In this document: positions 39,115-48,044 of the stretch, piece after piece
Position numbering within the stretch: the stretch's first letter is position 1
How the letters are laid out: each line of letters starts with the position of its first letter
Assembly (NCBI GenBank): GCA_964563615.1
Contig: CAZLWF010000003.1
Coordinates: forward strand, 3,237 to 67,236
DNA length: 64,000 nucleotides
Source: an uncultured Candidatus Saccharibacteria bacterium
GTDB lineage: Bacteria > Patescibacteriota > Minisyncoccia > Phycocordibacterales > UBA9973
Direction: 5' to 3'
The notes under the pieces: generated by a model
The model's input: the letters and a program-made list of their open reading frames with translations, nothing else
What the model was told of the DNA's origin: nothing
The model's database searches: none
Position numbers and translations under genes: made by a program

Positions 39115-39214
39115 AAGAAAGTTTGGAAGAATATTTTTCTTGTTGCGGAACTCATCCAATTAAAATTGGATTCAAACAGTCCTCACTGCAAAAAATATTT
39201 CCCCAAACTTTCTT
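39115..39214 (+). repeat. intergenic bulged-hairpin repeat, copy C (archetype)
   Basis: Outer stems aagaaagtttgg/ccaaactttctt (12 bp) and aatattttt/aaaaatatt (9 bp) enclose TTGCGGAACTC-[ATCCAATT aaa AATTGGAT]-TCAAACAGTCCTCACTGC. Confidence 0.75.
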
Positions 39215-39276
39215 TGGGTCTGTTCATAAACAATAAAAGTGCCGTAGGATACTACAGCACTTTTATTGTTTATTTT

Positions 39277-39585
39277 TTAGTTCCCAATTTGGCTCATCAC
39301 ATCCATGCTCTCTTGTTGAAATCGCTCTGCCTCTTCTTTGGCCATAGCGTCGAAGTTCTCAACATTGGTTCGTAGGTATTCCATAAGTTCTTCTGGACTT
39401 GCGTCGTTATCGAGCATTTTCTCAAATGCTTTTTGCATTGTGTCATCCATTGTTTCCATTGCTTTGATAAGAACACTTTGGAAGATTAATCCGCCGATTC
39501 GCTCGATAGTATCGTTCTGCTCTGCTTCTGATAATCCACCTAAGTTATAAGCAGCAATAATTGTTTTTCGTAATGTTGGATCCAT
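39277..39585 (-). CDS. small helical hypothetical protein (102 aa)
   Basis: ORF 45 nt downstream of the 1075-aa gene. Acidic, Met-rich, with no motif recognised. Confidence 0.65.
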   Translation of the reverse strand: MDPTLRKTIIAAYNLGGLSEAEQNDTIERIGGLIFQSVLIKAMETMDDTMQKAFEKMLDNDASPEELMEYLRTNVENFDAMAKEEAERFQQESMDVMSQIGN

Positions 39586-39630
39586 ATAGATAGTGTATCG
39601 TATTAATAATTTTTTACAAACTACGTTTTA

Positions 39631-42600
39631 TTATTTTGGTATATTGCCTGTTGGTATGGTAGCTCCTGGTCTGTTGGCAACATTCGGAATTCCCCCATTG
39701 TTTACGCCTGGTCGACTGGTAACATTCTGGAGTCCGCCATTACTCACTCCTGGTCTGTTGGCAAGTTTCTGTAATCCGCCACCAGTTGCTCCCTGTCCGT
39801 CAGTTGCATTACTGAGTCCTGCTGGTCGTGATGGTAGTGGCTGCAAGTTTGGATTATTAGGTAATGGTTTTAGTGCCTGTCCGCCAGTGCCAGGTTTATT
39901 GTTGTAGCCATATTCGTAGCTATCTGGGTTTGATTCAAACGGAGTACTGCCGATGATGTGCATTTCTTTTGGTATGCCATCCATATATTCACGAACAACA
40001 TATCCTCCACCAAAAGGATTTTTCTCAATAGCGTATGATGCATGACCAATACTGCCTGTAGCGAGGCGAACCTCATGTCCGTTTTGGAAGTAGCCAGTTT
40101 TACTTGCAATCTCATGCGCCTGGTGTTGGGCGAATTCATGCAAATCGCCGCTCGTCCAGCCCATTTTTGCAGCTAGTGCGCCGTTGTTGGCTTCAAGTTG
40201 TCGTATGAATACATTTTCAACACCGTCACCCTTTTGTACCAATGCATATTCGCTAAGTGGGGTTGGAGTTTCTACTGTTGGATGGTCAATGGTGCTTGGG
40301 TGGTCTACAGTTCCTGGTGCTTGATTTGCAAAATGCTCAGTGGCGTAGTGTCCTGCCCATAGCCCAAAGCCAATGCTCGATGCACCACGAATACCTGCGT
40401 TCAAGTAACGATCAAGGCTCTCACTCTTTTGCTTTCTTTTGTGGACGCTTTGATAGAGAGCTTCATTTCTCGTGAGCCACTCATTGCCAAATCCCTCACC
40501 GTATTTATTGAGACGCCTCATGCGCTCCATGTCTCTCTCAAAGTCTCTGTCAATTATTTTTTGATTATGGAAAAGATTTTTTATCCCAATACCAACTTCA
40601 CCAGCTGCCGCACCACCGACAACTCTCGCACCTACGCCAGCTGCTGCTGCGCCAAAGGCAGCCAAGCTTCCGCCGCCTGTAAGTGTTGTGATTGCTGCAA
40701 CGCCTGTACCTATGCCGATTGATAGTAGTATGCGTTTCCAACGAGGTTGAATCTTGCCATACCATGCGATGCCTTTTTCCAAAATACCGCGCTCGCGTGT
40801 TGGTAATGCCTCAAGCTTTGCTCGGGCAAGCGTGTCACCTTCATCGAGAATGAGTGTTTTAAAGAGAACCCCATTTTGGAAACTATCGAGAGCCAATTTC
40901 TTTTCTGCTGGGCTCGCATGATTACGGTCAAGCTTATCGTTTTCTTGTTTAAGTAAATGTTTGCCGTAGGCGATTTTGGCGTCCTTGTACGTTTGTTGGG
41001 TACGTTCGTGCGCGAGTCGCACTGGGTCAGTCGCCTGGAGATCTTCTTTGGCGATTTTTTCACCGACAAGTTTGTTCCAAATATTTCTTTGGAACCATGC
41101 ACCGAAACCTTTTTTATTACGAGCTTGATCTTGTCGTTCTTCGAGCATGTCACGGTAGGTTTCGATATAGAGTGCTCGAGCTTCATTGAGTGATTGCTCA
41201 GGAGTTTTTATTTGTTCTTGTTTAGCTGTATCACTCACAGCTTTTGCAAGTACTGCTTCTGGAGTGTCTTTACTTTTTGCTGCCGTTGGCTTTATAGCTT
41301 CTTTAGGATCAAATATTTCTATGCGGTCTGCCCCCTCGTGCTCACGGATATCTTCATCGCTTGCTATTCGTAGCTCGCCGCTTTCAAATTGCCCTAAGAA
41401 CTGTCTTTCAGGTATATATTTTGTTTGATTTGAGACAAAATAGACATTATATTTTATTCCCCTGGCATTAGTTTTTTCTTGGATATCAGTAATAGAAAAT
41501 AGTTCTTTTCCTACTGTATCGAAAATAAAGTCACCCTTTTTCAGTTCGAGAGGTTTTTTAACCTCTGGAGCTTTTGCTGCTGTATCAATTGGTGCTTCGG
41601 TAAGTTCGAGTGCCTTTGATGCAAATCCTTCGGCTAATGTCTCTGCCGATACTTCATCAGGGCTTCCATCGAATACATAGACATTGTATTTTTCACCTTC
41701 AGGACTTGTCTTTTCTCTAATTTCTGAAACGACAGTAATTTTGCCAAACTTTTTACCATCATTGATATTCCATATGCGGCTACCAACGACAAGTTTATTT
41801 ACAATGTCCATACCAGCAGTAATTTCTGGTTTTCCTGGGACTGCCTCCACTTTCTTTACTGGTGGAGTTGTTTTGGTCTCTACTGTTGGTATTTCACTCT
41901 CAGTCATTAATCTAATTTTTCCTGTTGCGAATGCTAAGGCAAGGCCTTTTGCCGATACTCTATTTGTTTTATTGCTAAATGTGTATGAATTAAACTTCTC
42001 GTTTTTATCATTAATTTCCTCTTTTATTTCTAAAACAGTATGTTGTTTCCTCCCTTTAGCATTTTCTGTGGCTTCCCCGACAACACTCCCAACCTTAAGT
42101 GCGTTAACTTTCTCCCATGCTTGAGCCAAGGATTCTGCAGTAACTTTGTCTTCAAATTTTCCAACCTTTTTTTCCCTACCCCCTGTTTTTGCTGGATGTT
42201 TAGATAGTATAGCTACCTTCGGTATACGCTTTGCTTGTGCTGTGTATGTTGTATAATGTTCACCTTTTTTCTTTTTATTTGCCATTGGTCCAAGTAAATT
42301 CTCAATGGCCTTATTCGTATATATTTCTGTAGTTGCATTTGTATTCTTATCTAAGTCTTCTTTACTTGCGAATACACTTACGGTAAAACGATTGATACCT
42401 TTTTCGTCAGCTTCTTCCTTATCGATTCGATAATAGTTAGTATCTTTTTGCCAGGTGTCTCCTTCGTGGAAAGTCTTTAATGGTGACATGTAAAATCCAC
42501 TATTTTCTTTGTACCCTTCTAACTTCACTTTTTGTTCTTTTGAACTAAAAAGATTTACACCTTGTGCAACCATATCTTCATACGGAATAGTTTTCTTATT

Positions 42601-42858
42601 ATTTTTTGAATCTTCAAGTTCGACAGTAGATGCTTTTGGATCTCCAGGAACTATAGTAACTTCACTTATTGTGTAATTTTTTTGATCTCCAGGAAATTTC
42701 CATATCTCACCCTTTTTAAAATTAAAATTCCCCTCTATCGTCCCTACTGGTTCGTTCATAAGTTTATCTAAATTTTCAAACGTGGTGTCTATATCAGCTA
42801 ATCTTTTATTTGAAGCCATCAGTAACAAATCTTTAGTTTTTTTTGAATCGAAAGCCAT
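39631..42858 (-). CDS. giant hypothetical protein (1075 aa): N-terminal array of ~60-aa beta-type repeats, Gly-zipper TM region, C-terminal domain and NRPG-repeat tail
   Basis: At least 5 degenerate repeats of the pattern G(D/S)x(I/V)W...(Y/F)x(I/V)...(I/V). Hydrophobic ILLSIGIGTGVAAITTLTGGGSLAAFGAAAAGVGARVVGGAAAGEVGIGI. Tail LANRPGVSNGGLQNVTSRPGVNNGGIPNVANRPGATIP. Confidence 0.75.
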   Translation of the reverse strand: MAFDSKKTKDLLLMASNKRLADIDTTFENLDKLMNEPVGTIEGNFNFKKGEIWKFPGDQKNYTISEVTIVPGDPKASTVELEDSKNNKKTIPYEDMVAQGVNLFSSKEQKVKLEGYKENSGFYMSPLKTFHEGDTWQKDTNYYRIDKEEADEKGINRFTVSVFASKEDLDKNTNATTEIYTNKAIENLLGPMANKKKKGEHYTTYTAQAKRIPKVAILSKHPAKTGGREKKVGKFEDKVTAESLAQAWEKVNALKVGSVVGEATENAKGRKQHTVLEIKEEINDKNEKFNSYTFSNKTNRVSAKGLALAFATGKIRLMTESEIPTVETKTTPPVKKVEAVPGKPEITAGMDIVNKLVVGSRIWNINDGKKFGKITVVSEIREKTSPEGEKYNVYVFDGSPDEVSAETLAEGFASKALELTEAPIDTAAKAPEVKKPLELKKGDFIFDTVGKELFSITDIQEKTNARGIKYNVYFVSNQTKYIPERQFLGQFESGELRIASDEDIREHEGADRIEIFDPKEAIKPTAAKSKDTPEAVLAKAVSDTAKQEQIKTPEQSLNEARALYIETYRDMLEERQDQARNKKGFGAWFQRNIWNKLVGEKIAKEDLQATDPVRLAHERTQQTYKDAKIAYGKHLLKQENDKLDRNHASPAEKKLALDSFQNGVLFKTLILDEGDTLARAKLEALPTRERGILEKGIAWYGKIQPRWKRILLSIGIGTGVAAITTLTGGGSLAAFGAAAAGVGARVVGGAAAGEVGIGIKNLFHNQKIIDRDFERDMERMRRLNKYGEGFGNEWLTRNEALYQSVHKRKQKSESLDRYLNAGIRGASSIGFGLWAGHYATEHFANQAPGTVDHPSTIDHPTVETPTPLSEYALVQKGDGVENVFIRQLEANNGALAAKMGWTSGDLHEFAQHQAHEIASKTGYFQNGHEVRLATGSIGHASYAIEKNPFGGGYVVREYMDGIPKEMHIIGSTPFESNPDSYEYGYNNKPGTGGQALKPLPNNPNLQPLPSRPAGLSNATDGQGATGGGLQKLANRPGVSNGGLQNVTSRPGVNNGGIPNVANRPGATIPTGNIPK

Positions 42859-42873
42859 GTAATTTTATTTAGA

Positions 42874-44742
42874 TTATTTTTTTGATTCCTCAATCTCAAT
42901 TATTGGTAATTCTGCTATTTTCTTGTTAATTATATCTTCCTTTGTTCTTACTTTTGCGGTAATTAATTTGTATTCTTGACCATTGATTTTTAATGCATGA
43001 ATAACTTTTGCATATTCTGGCTTATCACGTCTACTGAGAATGCTATTCATCCACCCCTCAATAAGTTGCTCGTATTTATTAAGTGTAATTCTATATATAC
43101 GATCTGTATTTTGAGAAGTAAACTCTAGTATATCCTCATTTTTTTCAAGATCGAAGTATGCTCTTTTTACAATAAATGTATCTTTGGATTTAAAAAAATT
43201 TTCGAGTATAAATCGTTGGTAATCCTCAGTAACTGTTTCGCCTGGCTTGTATATTTGTCCAGCAATATTTATTGGCGTTTCTTCAAGTCGTCTTGTCTGA
43301 TCTTTCAATATTTTCAAAACAATCATTCCTTGTGCGACAACAAATTCTCCATTTTGATTTTCCTCAGGAGTAAGTACTAGCATAATATTATTTTTTTCCT
43401 CCTTTATTTCCTTCAGTATGTATTTTGGTGAATTTTGGGTTGTAACTGCATTTATTGCTTCAATAAATAAAGGTTCAGTAATTACATCACCAGGTTTTAT
43501 CATTTTACCCCCAATATATGTACGTGTAATCTCTACATCACTGCCAATTTGGGTTCTGCTTTCAGCAGTATCTTTAGTCCTCTTTTCGTGCTTAATGTTT
43601 CGTAGCTCATAGCCATGCCTATATCTCATTACATTCGTTAATTTTGAAACAGTCATAGCTTGTTCGCCTTTTTTCTCATAGTCGCCTTTTCTGACTTGAA
43701 CTTTCCTTGCTCTTATATCATTTAACCATTCTCTTTTGCCACATAATATATTAATTATTTCATCATCAATTTCTCCCAACTCCTCATATAATTCACTAAG
43801 CTCTCTTTCAAGCGTTTCCATGGTAACTCCCCTTTCACCATTACTGATGCCAGCTTTAAATCGATCAAATTCATCAGGTTTACCTACCTCCTTGTAACGA
43901 TTTGTAATTCCATATTCAATATTTTTTAATTGCACCTCTGCTTCTTGTTTGGCTTTCTTACTTTTTGCATGCGTAAGTTCGTCAAGTTTTTCTACATAAC
44001 GTTTTAATAGTTCTTTTTTTTCATATTCTTTACGCAATGTATCTTGTTCAGCCATCTTTTTCTTATATGCTTTCAGTTCACTTTCACTTAGTGTTTTTTT
44101 GTCTTTTTTTATAAAACCACTATTTGGATCTGGTGGGTTTGTGTCAGTAACTTCAATTACTTGACCCCACATTGCATCATAAATACGATCTCCAGTTTTG
44201 AAAACATCTGGTATTCTTCTATTAATACGCTCCATTTCTTCAGCTGAAAGGTTTAAAATCCCTTTCATTCGTTTTTTAAAAGCTTCTGAAAACTTTCCTA
44301 ATGGTTTCGAGTCGATGTTACTAAGGGGGCCATGGCCATTATCAACATATTCAATAATTTTATCTTTTGACCAGCTCTTTACACCTTCATGCCACCCTCG
44401 TGATTCAAGGATTGCAATACCTGTTTCAATTAGATTCTGGTTTATTTCCTGACGTTCATGCACGCTCATGCCTCCTGATTCTATTTGTTCTCGTAACAAA
44501 TCAAAAAATTTAGATAGAGTTGTCTCTGCTTCATCTGGCTTTTTTACAATATCTTTTGTTTCTAGCTGCGTCTCTTTCTCATTCTTCTTTACTTTTTTCT
44601 TCTGACTAGCTACCTTTTTGGGTATTGTTTTTTCATTTTCTGGTTTAGATTTGAGAACATCCTTAATTTTTGATAGGTCATTAGTTTCTGTAGAAGCCTT
44701 TTCATTCTGATCTTTCTTTGTACCCTCAAATTGTTTCGCCAT
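42874..44742 (-). CDS. large Lys/Glu-rich hypothetical protein (622 aa)
   Basis: Long ORF 15 nt upstream of the 1075-aa gene. It has similar G(D/E)x(I/V)...beta-type modules (GDRIYDAMWGQVIEVTD, PGDVITEPLFIEAINAV, KPGETVTEDYQRFI). No known motif. Confidence 0.75.
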   Translation of the reverse strand: MAKQFEGTKKDQNEKASTETNDLSKIKDVLKSKPENEKTIPKKVASQKKKVKKNEKETQLETKDIVKKPDEAETTLSKFFDLLREQIESGGMSVHERQEINQNLIETGIAILESRGWHEGVKSWSKDKIIEYVDNGHGPLSNIDSKPLGKFSEAFKKRMKGILNLSAEEMERINRRIPDVFKTGDRIYDAMWGQVIEVTDTNPPDPNSGFIKKDKKTLSESELKAYKKKMAEQDTLRKEYEKKELLKRYVEKLDELTHAKSKKAKQEAEVQLKNIEYGITNRYKEVGKPDEFDRFKAGISNGERGVTMETLERELSELYEELGEIDDEIINILCGKREWLNDIRARKVQVRKGDYEKKGEQAMTVSKLTNVMRYRHGYELRNIKHEKRTKDTAESRTQIGSDVEITRTYIGGKMIKPGDVITEPLFIEAINAVTTQNSPKYILKEIKEEKNNIMLVLTPEENQNGEFVVAQGMIVLKILKDQTRRLEETPINIAGQIYKPGETVTEDYQRFILENFFKSKDTFIVKRAYFDLEKNEDILEFTSQNTDRIYRITLNKYEQLIEGWMNSILSRRDKPEYAKVIHALKINGQEYKLITAKVRTKEDIINKKIAELPIIEIEESKK

Positions 44743-44796
44743 AGTCTTTAAATTATGTATAAAATATTAGTTCCTGTCAATTTTTAGCCTTTTTTC

Positions 44797-44820
44797 TTAT
44801 CCACATGTCGGTGTGGATAT
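44797..44820. promoter_or_regulatory. inverted pair of DnaA-box sequences (TTATCCACA tgtcgg TGTGGATAT)
   Basis: Exact DnaA-box consensus at 44797-44805, with a reverse-oriented 8/9 copy at 44812-44820, 55-78 bp upstream of the 622-aa gene start. Confidence 0.5.
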
Positions 44821-45106
44821 CGTGATTGACTCACCCAGTCGGAGGCGGTACCCTTGTATCTGTGGGTGGTATAGAGCTAGTATATATCCTACAAATTTGT
44901 TTACCTAGTAGATATCCCCATTTTCAAGCAATTTCCTCATATTTCTGAACTGATCGTAACGACTGTCTAAGCTTGTGTAATCCTTGCAGCCTTCTTATGT
45001 AGCCATAAGGTCGTTCTGTGAGAGAGCTTTGCAGTTATTTTTTTAGTATATAAAACCCTTTTTAAAAGATTCTTCAAGCGACAACGCTGTCTCAGATCGC
45101 TCAAAG

Positions 45107-46204
45107 ATGATAAAACCTTTATTTTACAAGCACGGAGCATCCGGGGTTGTTTTTATGTTGTTGGCTATCGGTTTGCTGCTCTACCCACTCGAGTCATATG
45201 CCAATTTTTTCTCAACCGCTTTATTTCAAAAGCCTGAAAAAGCCTATGCTCAAAACGTGCCAATGGCTAAAAATTCACAGACATTACCAATTTTGCAGGC
45301 AGAAAATACGACAGTAGCCATAAAAGCGACTGAAAGTGCTGATATTATTATCTCAGATGATACTGCCTTAGTGCCGCAAGCAGGACCTTCAGGCACTGTT
45401 GCTGATCTATCAGAAGATGTAACGAGTGGTCAGATTAGCACGTATGTTGTTAGGTCGGGCGATTCCCTGTCAGTTATAGCTGACATGTTTAATGTTTCTA
45501 TTAATACGATTCTTTGGGCAAATGATTTAAAGAAAGGCCAAGCGCTCCAAACTGGTGATACGCTTATTATTTTGCCTGTGACAGGACTAAAATACACAGT
45601 AAAGAAAGGCGATACAGTAAACTCAATTGCTAAAAAGTTTAGCCTTGATTCATCAGAAGACATTATTTCATACAATAACTTAGAAACAGCCACTGTTTCG
45701 GTTGGCGATGTACTCATTATCCCTGGCGCAGAATTGCCTGCTGAAGTTCCAGTAGCACCAAAGAAAACCCCAGTCAAACAAGGCGGTAGCAGTAGTGTCT
45801 TTGCCAAGAATCAATCTGCAGGAAGCAAAATCGCTGGTTACTTTATAAAGCCAATACCGTGTGGTCTTACCCAAAACAAGCATGACAAATATGCTGTCGA
45901 TATGAGTTGCGGCGGTTCTGGTATGTCAGTTAAAGCTGCAGCCAGTGGTACCGTCAAATTTGCAAAGACTGGCTGGAATGGTGGTTTCGGTAATCTCATT
46001 GTTATTGCTCATGCCAATGGTACTCAAACATTCTATGCCCATCTATCTAAGATTAATGTTTCCATAGGTGCGACAGTCGAACAAGGTACTGTCATCGGTA
46101 ATGTCGGCTCGACAGGACGCTCGACTGGACCACACCTTCACTTTGAAGTTCGCGGTGCATATAATCCTGGCTTCGACACATCAGGTCAGCTTTGGAAAAG
46201 ATAG
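45107..46204 (+). CDS. LysM-domain M23 family metallopeptidase
   Basis: 365 aa. N-terminal TM/signal. Two LysM repeats (YVVRSGDSLSVIADMFNVSINTILWAN; YTVKKGDTVNSIAKKF). M23 motifs HDKYAVDM and GSTGRSTGPHLHFEVR. Confidence 0.9.
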   Translation: MIKPLFYKHGASGVVFMLLAIGLLLYPLESYANFFSTALFQKPEKAYAQNVPMAKNSQTLPILQAENTTVAIKATESADIIISDDTALVPQAGPSGTVADLSEDVTSGQISTYVVRSGDSLSVIADMFNVSINTILWANDLKKGQALQTGDTLIILPVTGLKYTVKKGDTVNSIAKKFSLDSSEDIISYNNLETATVSVGDVLIIPGAELPAEVPVAPKKTPVKQGGSSSVFAKNQSAGSKIAGYFIKPIPCGLTQNKHDKYAVDMSCGGSGMSVKAAASGTVKFAKTGWNGGFGNLIVIAHANGTQTFYAHLSKINVSIGATVEQGTVIGNVGSTGRSTGPHLHFEVRGAYNPGFDTSGQLWKR

Positions 46205-46211
46205 TATATAT

Positions 46212-46307
46212 ACAAAAAACAGAAGAAGTTTTTCTTATTGCGGGACTCATCCAATTAAAATTGGATTCAAACAATCCTCATCGCGAAAAACTTCTTCTGT
46301 TTTTTGT
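46212..46307 (+). repeat. intergenic bulged-hairpin repeat, copy D
   Basis: 22-bp perfect outer stem acaaaaaacagaagaagttttt / aaaaacttcttctgttttttgt enclosing TTGCGGGACTC-[ATCCAATT aaa AATTGGAT]-TCAAACAATCCTCATCGC. Confidence 0.75.
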
Positions 46308-46440
46308 ATTTTTTATGCCATACCAGCGTGCAAACTTATTTCTCTCCTCTCAAACTTGCATACTATTTTTATTGATACGAGGAATGCTCAAACAGTGTTC
46401 GGTTCGAAATAAGTTTGCACGCTGGTATACACTGATATTT

Positions 46441-47976
46441 CTATAATGCTTTCGGTCGATACTGTAGTGCTTCTAGTATATGTGGCGTACTGACAGTTTC
46501 ATCTCCATTAACATCAGCGATAGTTCTCGCTAGTTTTAACACTCGGTGATACGCACGTGGTGAGAGGTTGAGTTTGGTTGCACTTTGATTGAAGAATGCC
46601 TGGGTTTTAGGATCTAGTGTAATCAGCGCACTAATATCTTTGGCATTCATATCGCTATTGGTGGTGTGGGGTCGATTTGCATTTTCGAAACGTGTGCGTT
46701 GTTTGGCTCTTGCTACTTGAACTCTATCCCGAATGGTTTCTGTTTTCTCGCCGATCGGAGCGTCACTGCCTAATTTCTCATAACCGATCGCGCCGACTTC
46801 AACCCAGATATCGACACGGTCCATGATGGGTCCTGAGAGTTTGCGATTATATCTCGCTATGTCGCCTGCGGTGCAAGTACATTCTTTTGCCCTCGTGCCG
46901 CGATAGCCGCAAGGACATGGATTCATAGCAGCGATCAATATAAAATGCGACGGAAACAGTGCAGTGCCTTTAGCCCTAGAAATAGATACTATCTTATCTT
47001 CGAGTGGTTGTCGCAGAGATTCGATAACTCGTTTGTCGAATTCTGGAAATTCATCCATAAATAATACTCCTCGGTGGGCGAGTGTTATTTCTCCAGGCTT
47101 TGGCGTGCTGCCGCCGCCGATAATCGATACATAGGATGATGTGTGATGCGGTGCACGAAATGGTGGCAGTGTAATCACATCAGCATTGAGATTGCCAGCA
47201 ACAGAATGAATACTCGTGATCTCGAGTGCTTCAGTAAGTGTGAGTGATGGCAAAAGTGTTGCAAATGCTCTCGCGAGCATGGTTTTGCCTGTGCCTGGTG
47301 GGCCATACATAGCGATATTGTGACCGCCAGCTGCTGCTATTTCGAGTCCGCGCTTTGCGCCTTCTTGTCCGCGTATATCTGAGAAATCAATATCACTGAT
47401 ATGTCTAGAAACATCGATTGGTGTTTTTTCTTTGGGTTGTATTTTAGCAGCCTCTTCTGTTGCAGTAAGATGAGTAATCAATTCACTCAGTGTGTGTACG
47501 CCAAATACTTTAATACCATCAACCAGTGCTGCTTCACGTGCATTTGCTTCTGGTACATAGAGTTCTCCAAATCCATCGCGTTTGGCCTTCTCAGCAAGCG
47601 GTAGTGTTCCTTTGATTGGTAGTATTTCCCCATTGAGTGCGAGTTCTCCCAAGAACAACTTTTTTTGAATATCAAACGTAATTTCTTCGGCGGCCAACAA
47701 ATAACCGAGTGCAATACCAATATCAAATGTTGAGCCTTCTTTTTTCGTTTCAGCCGGAGAGAGTGAGACTATGATTTTCTCGTTTTTGCTTTTTGGTGAC
47801 GTATAGCCGGAATTTTTAATTGCAGAGCTTACGCGATCGCGCGCTTCCTCGACCGCTTTATCAGGTAACCCAACAATAGAGAATGTGTGGAGTCCCTTTG
47901 AGAGGTCTACTTCAATAGTAATAAGTTCTCCTCGAAGGAGTGATGTTTGTGCCGAATATAATCTGGCAAAAGACAT
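46441..47976 (-). CDS. comM: YifB/ComM-family Mg-chelatase-like AAA+ protein
   Basis: 511 aa. Lon-protease-like N-domain, Walker A MYGPPGTGKTML, Walker B GVLFMDEFPEF, and the NPCPCGY zinc motif. Confidence 0.9.
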   Translation of the reverse strand: MSFARLYSAQTSLLRGELITIEVDLSKGLHTFSIVGLPDKAVEEARDRVSSAIKNSGYTSPKSKNEKIIVSLSPAETKKEGSTFDIGIALGYLLAAEEITFDIQKKLFLGELALNGEILPIKGTLPLAEKAKRDGFGELYVPEANAREAALVDGIKVFGVHTLSELITHLTATEEAAKIQPKEKTPIDVSRHISDIDFSDIRGQEGAKRGLEIAAAGGHNIAMYGPPGTGKTMLARAFATLLPSLTLTEALEITSIHSVAGNLNADVITLPPFRAPHHTSSYVSIIGGGSTPKPGEITLAHRGVLFMDEFPEFDKRVIESLRQPLEDKIVSISRAKGTALFPSHFILIAAMNPCPCGYRGTRAKECTCTAGDIARYNRKLSGPIMDRVDIWVEVGAIGYEKLGSDAPIGEKTETIRDRVQVARAKQRTRFENANRPHTTNSDMNAKDISALITLDPKTQAFFNQSATKLNLSPRAYHRVLKLARTIADVNGDETVSTPHILEALQYRPKAL

Positions 47977-48044
47977 GCTAGTAATTTAAATTACAATACG
48001 TAATATAATAATCTAAGCGCACGCAGTCTCCAGTCTAGGTTTGA

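Noticed and set aside
39150-39180. tRNA-like T-arm (TTGGATTCAAAC) inside repeat copies C and D
   Set aside because: No acceptor, D or anticodon arms can be drawn. The motif is part of the repeat's apical hairpin and flank. No tRNA cloverleaf was found anywhere in the window.
44822-45106. Riboswitch (e.g. c-di-AMP class) upstream of the LysM-M23 peptidase gene
   Set aside because: I could draw only one short hairpin (CACCCAG..CUGUGGGUG). None of the conserved pseudo-symmetric motifs of that riboswitch class are evident, so there is not enough to report.
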